Of a stretch of DNA of 64,000 nt, positions 53,510 to 64,000 are shown one piece after another. Location of the stretch: the NCBI RefSeq assembly GCF_006345805.1, contig NC_043002.1, forward strand, positions 52,080,001 to 52,144,000, in the 5' to 3' direction. Within the stretch, counting starts at the first letter, position 1; each line of letters begins with the position of its first letter. Both the position numbers and the translations under genes were made by a program. This DNA comes from Octopus sinensis (lineage: Eukaryota). The notes beneath the pieces are model-generated. The model was not told the DNA's origin, did no database searches, and saw only the letters and a list, made by a program, of their open reading frames with translations.

Positions 53510-53770
53510 CATTCTTCACTCTTTTATTACTGCTCTTTTTTTAAACTCATGTCCGTTGTCCAGAAATCTTTCATCACACATCTTTGAATATGGACTCAGC
53601 GGAAAAGGAGCATACGAAGACGGAAAGTGTCGCTGAAGAAGTCACAGACGTGTGATGAAAGATTTACATGGGTTAAAATAAGAACAGCAATAAACGAATG
53701 AAGAACAAGTATATAGTACGTGGGTTTATGCGGAAAAAAAATGACTGTCCCGAAATATAACAATATCTGT
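53510..53770. mobile_element. Palindromic repeat family with hammerhead-like core (inverted Penelope-like terminal repeats?); related copy at ~35808-36020
   Basis: Arms TTCTTCACTCTTTTATTACTGCTC...AAATCTTTCATCACAC and GTGTGATGAAAGATTT...AGAACAGCAATAAACGAATGAAGAA; right arm has CTGAAGA-AGTCACA gacg TGTGAT-GAAA. Both copies share the end segment AAATATAA..ATATCTGTTTCAA. Confidence 0.55.
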
Positions 53771-53996
53771 TTCAAGATACAGTTTTACATTAGGAATCTC
53801 GCAACACAAATTCATAAATGTAACATTTAGTTCACCTAAATGTTATTTCTGTATGTAAGCATATAGATATGTAAATAAACAGATCAATATATAGACGGAT
53901 AGGTATATAGACTATATGAACAGACACATATGGATCCACGGATCCACACATATAAAGATGCACATCCATACATACAAACATGGTACATAGTTGCAT

Positions 53997-54034
<38 letters not shown>

Positions 54035-54782
54035 ACACACACACACACACACCACACACACACACACACACAGTCATGCATACACAAGGAGACAGAGGTG
54101 CATACATATACAAACACATGCTCACACACACATACATAGAAAATACACAAACACGGACATGCAAGCACATAAATATGCAAGATACGTACTTATAGATGCA
54201 CACACATACATATATACATATGCATACACACACATATATACATACGTACATGCATGCATGTATAGGCACACACACACACACACACACACACTGACCCCCA
54301 CGCATGCGCACAAACAAAAGGGAACGCAGTATAAATAACGGACAGTCAAAACTATTGAAAAGGTTGCAAGACGCAACGAAAATTTTAGGACAATAAAAAT
54401 AAGAAAAACGTGGAAATTTTACCGGTGAGTGTGTTACATAATAAGGCACAAAAAGAAAATGTATGGTAAATATTGTTAGTACAGGTGAGAACTGTAACAG
54501 TGGATTGTTATAACTGAAAGACAGGGATAAGAGAGTGTTTAGTTTACTTGTACGAGGGAATGCTGAAAAGTTCCTCACATATTTAAATAGTGGAAAACAA
54601 AAAGAAGGCACCCACCATCAACTGAGAGTATCAAAACAAGTAATACACTGAATCTCCCTCTTGATGAGTTTAAACGTTAAAAATAACAAGCACGCGAAAT
54701 AATTCTTATACGATCAACCGGTCGAAAAATTCGGACGATATAGACTGTGGTGAATCTGGTCTTTAAAGCTAAATGGTGGGAA

Positions 54783-54823
54783 CAGGGAACATGTTTCGAT
54801 TTTATTGGATCTCTTCAGCGAAG
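54783..54823 (-). ncRNA. Degenerate minimal hammerhead motif
   Basis: Minus strand CTTCG-CTGAAGA-GAT ccaataaa ATC-GAAA-CATG-TT: intact core and palindromic ACATGT stem III; the 3' strand of stem I does not pair. Confidence 0.5.
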
Positions 54824-55060
54824 CATATCCATCTCACTTGACTAGACGTAGAAACGATCAATATATGTATGTATGCATGTATGATTTTTCTTTGGTTCCT
54901 ATTTAAGTTCTGGAGGGAGTTAAAGTCAGTCGCTAAGAAAGCGACAAAACTTTTTGAGTTAAGAGAGTTATCGGTGTTTGTAAATATGTGGTTGAGTTTG
55001 TATGCTGATTGAACTGTCGATGCATATACCCAAGTGTGTGTTTCTATTCACATAAGAATC

Positions 55061-55290
55061 TCAGATGGAGAAATTCTGGAATGTCTTACAAATCTTCATT
55101 GTGCTACTTATAGATTAGATTTAGAGAATCCGCGTCAATTTCTTTTGCTCTTTCTTTGTGAAACTGTGTATTTCTAGGTTTTTGCACTAATTTGTTGGTA
55201 CATAACCTAATGCACCTATGATGATAGGTGCAATTTATAATTATTTGAAGTCCTCCTGTGGAGAAGAAGCTGGTTTCATGCGAAGTTATA
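55061..55290 (-). pseudogene. C-terminal remnant of a REL-endonuclease (NeSL/R4/R2-group) non-LTR retrotransposon ORF
   Basis: Minus strand APIIIGALGYVPTN*CKNLE...KLTRIL*I*SISSTMKICKTFQNFSI*, matching the recalled PIxxGALG...KICKTF end of REL-type LINE ORFs. Confidence 0.6.
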
Positions 55291-56459
55291 AAGCTCCAGG
55301 GAATACAACGACATTGACTGAGGAAAAATGTCCCAGAGGAGCGTTCTGATTTAAGATTAATATAAGGAACCGGCACAAATACTGCAATACTTCAATGGGA
55401 ATTCTGCCCCTCGATTGCCTCGGACTAGTACTTTTCCCTTCTCCCTGAAAGGAAGAAAGGCAAATTTCACTTAGGTAGTATTTGAACTCAGAAGATAAAG
55501 AACCATAAAAAATACTTTTTTTTTTGTGCAACGTTTTTACAGTTCTGTCAATTATTGCTGCATTTACAATAGAAGACACATTGTAGAGATGGTCCATAAA
55601 ATGTAAGATGATCTGGGCGGGAATTCCCTTGACAACTGTACCAACCTCTATTGTCTCTTGCCTCTCTTTTATACAGTAGTAGTAGTATGGACAGGGGTAG
55701 ATTTGTTGCATGATCAACTTCTGTACCAGCCCCATAAAACATAAATTAAAAAGTGCCGCTTAAGCTTGCGCCTCAAGGGAAAAAAAATTCTAGGCAATGG
55801 TTCATGGTCTCAGGAGATATATAAATGCCAAAAGGTGTGATTTGAAGGAGATTTGATTGCCCTTTCTAGCAAGATGAGCGACCACATTGAGCATCCCACC
55901 TCTCCTCATTGGCTAGTATCACTTGGGGCTACTCTTGTTGTTCGACTGAATGCTTTTGACCATAAGTGTGTTCCAGTCAGGGCAGGCTTGACCCCAGCCC
56001 TGACTTAGCGCACTTATGATCAAAGGCATTCGATCCTTGACCATGGTGTCATTTACTCAGACACAATGTATTTAGGACCTCATTATGCAATGCGTCCGTC
56101 TATTTTTCAAGTCGGTAGCGTGTAATTTGAGGAAGATTTAGTTAATATTTCTTGCATGTCAAAACTCCACGCAAAGGTCCTTCTCTGGTCAGAGTCATGT
56201 GCATTAATAGGGTGTGGTTCCACGGTACGGTATGGTGCGGTGTGGTGTAGAGTTATGTGAGTTCTGGCGGTAGGGTGTGGCCGTGTAAGAAGCGGTGTGG
56301 TGTTTATGATGTTATGCGGCGTGGTAATGGGGTATGGGTTGGTAGGCAGAGGTTCTGCTGTCAGGTTATCTGCTGGAAAACGGCGGTACGTGTCGTGGTG
56401 TGGCCGTGTAGCGTGTTGCAGTGTGGTGTGTTATGGTATGGTATGGTGAGGTGTCGTAT

Positions 56460-59380
<2,921 letters not shown>

Positions 59381-59756
59381 GTTAGCGGCATTTCGTCCGT
59401 TTTTACTTTCTGAGTTCAAATTCCGCCGAGATCGATTTTGATTTTCATCCTTTCAGGGTCGATAAATTAAATATCAGTGGAACACCGAGGTCGATGTAAT
59501 CGACTTGCCCCACCGCCTTCGAAATTACTGGCCGTATGCCAAAATTTCAAACCATTTTTATATCTGTACACAAGGTGGCGAGCAAAATGCTTAGAGGCAT
59601 TTTAAATTCCGCCGAGGTCGACTTTGCCTTTCATCATTTCGGTGTCGTTAAAATAAGTATCAGTTACACACTGGGGTCAATGTAATCGACTTACCCACCC
59701 CACTCGAAACTGTTGATTTGGTGCCAAAATTTGAAACCATTATTATGTGTATATTA

Positions 59757-60324
59757 TTGGGTTGGTGCATAATTATTGCAGCTTTTTTTCAACAAATTTT
59801 ATTCAACAAAAACATCTTTAAATGACGGTCTGACCGTCTGCCAAGCAAATGGGAAGCAGTAATTGAAGTAGAGTGGAGGTGCAATGGCCCAGTGGTTGGG
59901 GCAGCGGACTCGCGGTCGGAGGATCACGGTTTCGATTCCCAGGCCGGGCGTTGTTGTGTTTATTGAGCGAAAACGCCTAAAGCACCACGAGGCTCCGGTA
60001 GGGGGTGGTGGCGACCCTTGTTGTACTCTTTCGCCCCAACTTTCTCTCACTCTTTCTTCCTGTTTCTTGAGTAACGCTGCGATGGATTGGCGTCCCGTCA
60101 AGCTGGTGTGGGGGGGGGGATACATACGCCATAGAAACCGGGAAACCGGGCCCATGAGCCTGGCTAGGCTTGAAAAGGGCGCATAAATAAATAAAAAAAA
60201 TTGAAGTAGAAGGTGAATATGCTTCGGAATAATCATTTAAAGATGTTTTTGTTACATGTTGTTATTGTTTTTGTTGAATAAAATTTGTTGAAAAAAAAGC
60301 CGCAATAATCATGCACCATTTCAA
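59757..60324. mobile_element. Mariner-derived MITE made of two 3' ends, interrupted by a SINE
   Basis: TA|TTGGGTTGGTGCATAATTATTGCAGC ... GCCGCAATAATCATGCACCATTTCAA|TA; arms extend to AAAAACATCTTTAAATGA / TCATTTAAAGATGTTTTT. After SINE removal the core encodes DRLPSKWEAVIEVEGEYASE*, a mariner-like C-terminus. Confidence 0.8.
59873..60198 (+). mobile_element. tRNA-headed SINE, family D, young copy with 12-bp TSD
   Basis: Head GTGGAGGTGCAATGGCCCAGTGGTT...GGTTTCGATTCCC, A-rich tail, TSD AATTGAAGTAGA at 59861-59872 and 60199-60210. Related copies at ~22640-22960 (+) and ~39950-40240 (-). Confidence 0.88.
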
Positions 60325-60925
60325 TATATTTGTACATTAGTATAGTCAGATAAATACAATAATGGAAAACTGATGTTTCAAATCAGTCCAAATAATGTTT
60401 CTACGCTCGTTCGTTTTGGTGGTGAAGTTGATGTTCGGGGTGATGTTCAAATCGTTTTTATTGCCCCCTCCCCACAACAAATTTTAGTGGGTGCGCTTGC
60501 ACCACTTGTATCCCCTGTACTCGAGTCAATATTCCTCGAACTGTTCTTTGTATATTTTTTTATCGTTTACCATTTACTTGTTTCAGTCATTAGACTGCGA
60601 CCATGCTGGGGTACGGCCTTGAAGAATTTTTAGTTGTATTAATTAATCTCTGTAGTTACTTTTTTTTTTAATTGTGTCTTTCGGTCTTTTTTGACGAACC
60701 ACTAAGTTGTGGTGGCGGATAAATACAAGACAAGCACAAAGACACGTGCACATAGTTGCATACATACATACATACATACATACATACATACATACATACA
60801 TACAAATAGATACATGCATATATTTTTGTGTGTGTGTGTGTATATATATATACACCCGAACACAGACACATGCGTTCTCGCATACACACACGTACACACG
60901 TACACACAGACACACACTGACACAG

Positions 60926-60971
<46 letters not shown>

Positions 60972-61148
60972 GTGCGACGGACTTCAACTTCAGTTTCAAC
61001 CTAAGAAATCCATCGGTTCGCAAAGCTTTAGTCGGCACTAAAGTAGAAGGTACTTGCCCAGAGTGCCGTCAAAATAGGACTGAACCCAAGACCATATGAT
61101 TAGGAAACAGGCTTCTAAACCACACAACCAATGTTTTTATAGTATATT

Positions 61149-61750
61149 GTTACCTCCGCCTTCGCTAGGGCGGAGGCGGCGAGCTGGCAGAATCGTTAAC
61201 ACGCCGGGCGAAATGCTTAGCGGTATTTCGTCTGCCGTTACGTTCTGAGTTCAAATTCCGCTGAGGTCGACTTTGCCTTTCATCCTTTCGGGGTCGGTAA
61301 ATTAAGTACCATTTACGCACTGGGGTCGATGTAATCGTCTTAATACCTATGTCTCTCCTTGTTTGTCCCCTCTATGTTTAGCCCCTTGTGGGTAATAAAG
61401 AAATAGGTATTGTTTTTCAGTCGCGTTTGTTCATTTGTTTGTCCCTGGATAAGATATCTCAAGAACCGCTGAATAGATTCGGATGAAACTTTCAGAGATG
61501 TTTGGCCTCATGACTGGCACAAACTGACCAGATTTTGGGATCAATCCAGTACCGGATAAGGATTCTGTATTATTTTTCCTGTTCTTTTACTTAACTTTTG
61601 TGAATGGTTGGGTTCATTTTTAGTATTCTCGTTTGTGAGAGCAGTTGAGAATTTCAGATATTCTCATTTTAAAAATCATTTCTGGCTAATCGTTGAGAGG
61701 ACGTTGGTGTTGCCTTGACAGAGGTTTGCGCTCTCTGAGTGCTCTTGTTA
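61149..61750 (+). mobile_element. Helentron-associated (HINE/DINE-1-like) non-autonomous element with a nested family-B SINE (61175-61404)
   Basis: 5' subterminal TACCTCCGCC with nearby inverted GGCGG|AGGTA (split by the SINE), GTTT-type microsatellite, 3' decayed subTIR GACAGAGGT and terminal stem-loop GCGCTC-TCT-GAGTGC. Confidence 0.65.
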
Positions 61751-62051
61751 GTGTTAATATTAGTGTTAATGCATTTTGTGTTTTGCTTTTCATGATTTTA
61801 GATAATGGGTTCATCTATTTTATAGTTACATGCACTTTATTACTACAAGACACGTTTTGTGTGGTTTGTGTATATTAAACAAGTGGTGTGTCTAATGTAT
61901 TTATTGTATTGTATTCGTTTCGGTACTGCTCTGTCACTTGGTCTATTAGTTTGTTCGAGTACCGATTGTAGATTAGTGCTTGTTTTATTCTGTGGATTTC
62001 TTACCCGGTGCTTCGTTTCTACATGAGAATCTCTTATTATTATTATTATTA

Positions 62052-62165
<114 letters not shown>

Positions 62166-62436
62166 TTTTTTTTTTTTTAAAGAGCAAACACAAATGAATA
62201 GTGAGCAGGAACAGATATTCGCGAATGTGATTAGAAACAGAGTAATGTCAATACTAGAGTAGTTTGTTTCTCTTTTGAATGTTGTCCCCTCTAGTTTGTA
62301 TACTCAAATACACACACATACACTCAAACACACACACACACACAGAAGTATATATATATATGACATATTTCGCCCTAAGCATGCTAGTTATATATATATA
62401 TATATATATATATATAATGTGTGTGTGTGTGTGTTG

Positions 62437-62470
<34 letters not shown>

Positions 62471-62690
62471 TGTATATGTGTGTGTGTGTGTGTAGGTATA
62501 TATATGCACCTCCCCACACACTATCTCTCCACTTGTAAATTCTTCCTGTCTTGAAATGCTGATAATATTTTCAGTCTCACATTCTTTCTTCTCGACCAAT
62601 TTTCTGCATCTGACTATCCAGCACCACCGCCACCTCTACCACCACCACCACCACCACCACCACCACCACCACCACCACCACCACCACCAC

Positions 62691-62727
<37 letters not shown>

Positions 62728-62769
62728 ACTACTACTACGTACTATATTCTTTTATTCTTTATTTATTCT

Positions 62770-62812
<43 letters not shown>

Positions 62813-63057
62813 TATATTTATGTACGTGTGTATTTGTATCTGTGTTTGTCCCCCACCATCGCTTGACAACCGATGTTGGTGTGTTTATGTCCCCGAAACT
62901 TAGCGGTTCGGCAAAAGAGACCGATAGAATAAGTACTAGGCTTACAAAAAAAAAAGTCGTGTGGACGATTTGTTCGACGAAAGACGATGCTCCAGCATGA
63001 CCACAGTCAAATGACTGAATCATATAAAAGAGTAAAGGGTATATATATATATGTATA

Positions 63058-64000
63058 CAATAGTGGCCAAAATTAGAAGACAAAAATAAAGATATTTACA
63101 TTTCTACTTCATTTTTCTGGATGGGATTTTTACTGTATATACTTTAAAACATGTTCCTTCCTTACAATAAATTTTGTTGGAAGTGATTAATAACTTGATA
63201 ATTTATCATAGAAAAAAAAAAAAACGTTTACTTGAAAAATACACGACGAACAAAATTAGAAAATACATGACGTAAAATTCAAGAAATCAAAATTTTGCCA
63301 GAAATTTTTACAATCTACATCAACACATTTATAAGATGTGTACATTCTTTACTTTTAATGACTTCAGCATATCTCCATCCACAGGATTTGACCAATTTCT
63401 CACATTATTCTGACGTAATTTTATTCCATCCTTCCTGAAGTTTTTCCCACAGAATCGTGACATTCAAGGTCACTGCTCTCTGATCTTGAAACCAAGTATC
63501 TTTCATTAGCTTTCAATGCGATTAAGGTCAGCGCTCTGAGCTGGCCAACGCTTCACAGTAAGGCTTTCAGCTTTAAACACCTTAACTATTTCAGCACTGT
63601 AGCATGGTGCACCTTACTCTGCATAAAGATTGGCTTACGAGTTGGCACAACATGCTGCAGAACGATGTTTTTGTATATGGCTGCATTCACATTACCATGG
63701 ATTCGGATCAAGGGCCCAACACATGTTGCAGAAATCATTCCCCGCACCATTAAACCCCCACCTCCAAACTTCACTGATTTCTTCACGCATTTAGGGAGCA
63801 ATCTTCCACTTTTACGACATTTCACATATTGTCTACCGTCGGAGCCAATCAAATTGAACTTGCCTTCTTTCCTGAAGAACACACGCGATCAGTTGTCGTC
63901 CGTCCAATATACGTGCTCATGGGCTTGCTTTTCGGGTCTTCATACTGATGAGAGGTTTAGTGGCTGAGGAATAGGCATGAAATCCGATTTCCTTTAAATG
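63058..64000 (-). mobile_element. Second, decayed Tc1-family transposon (runs off the window)
   Basis: TA|CAATAGTGGCCAAAATTAGAA terminus with inner repeat near 63245-63266; minus-strand KFNLIGSDGRQYV...SVKFGGGGLMV.GMIS...GPL.RI.G..NA..Y and WPAQSADLNRIE, with frameshifts. Confidence 0.87.

Noticed and set aside
59873-59945. tRNA-like sequences with A and B boxes (also ~25398, 39316, 61175)
   Set aside because: They are SINE heads continuing into SINE bodies with tails or TSDs, not complete tRNA genes.

Overview
AT-rich, microsatellite- and TE-dense animal genomic DNA. The SINE families and repeat landscape resemble a coleoid cephalopod (Octopus-like); this is an inference from recalled repeat families, not a database result. 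The first ~11 kb hold the 3' part of a spliced hnRNP U/U-like (SAF-A family) gene on the + strand: four exons covering the P-loop AAA_33 domain and its end, then an unusual 2.25-kb terminal exon with an RS/RD-repeat block and no RGG box. A candidate 15-nt microexon follows the stop codon. The rest is non-coding or TE-derived: tRNA-headed SINEs of several families, RTE, CR1-like and REL-type LINE remnants, a full-length IR-DR Tc1, three rearranged mariners, a composite Helitron, a Helentron-like element and a decayed Ty3/Gypsy. The most notable signals are (1) an apparently intact type I hammerhead ribozyme at 29693-29752 (-) plus three degenerate hammerhead motifs, (2) a ~315-bp intronic inverted LINE pair able to form long dsRNA in the pre-mRNA, (3) the remodelled hnRNP U C-terminus and microexon, and (4) a CpG-poor to CpG-rich transition near 31-35 kb with a promoter-like patch. 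All coordinates were read by eye; repeat boundaries are approximate unless termini are quoted.
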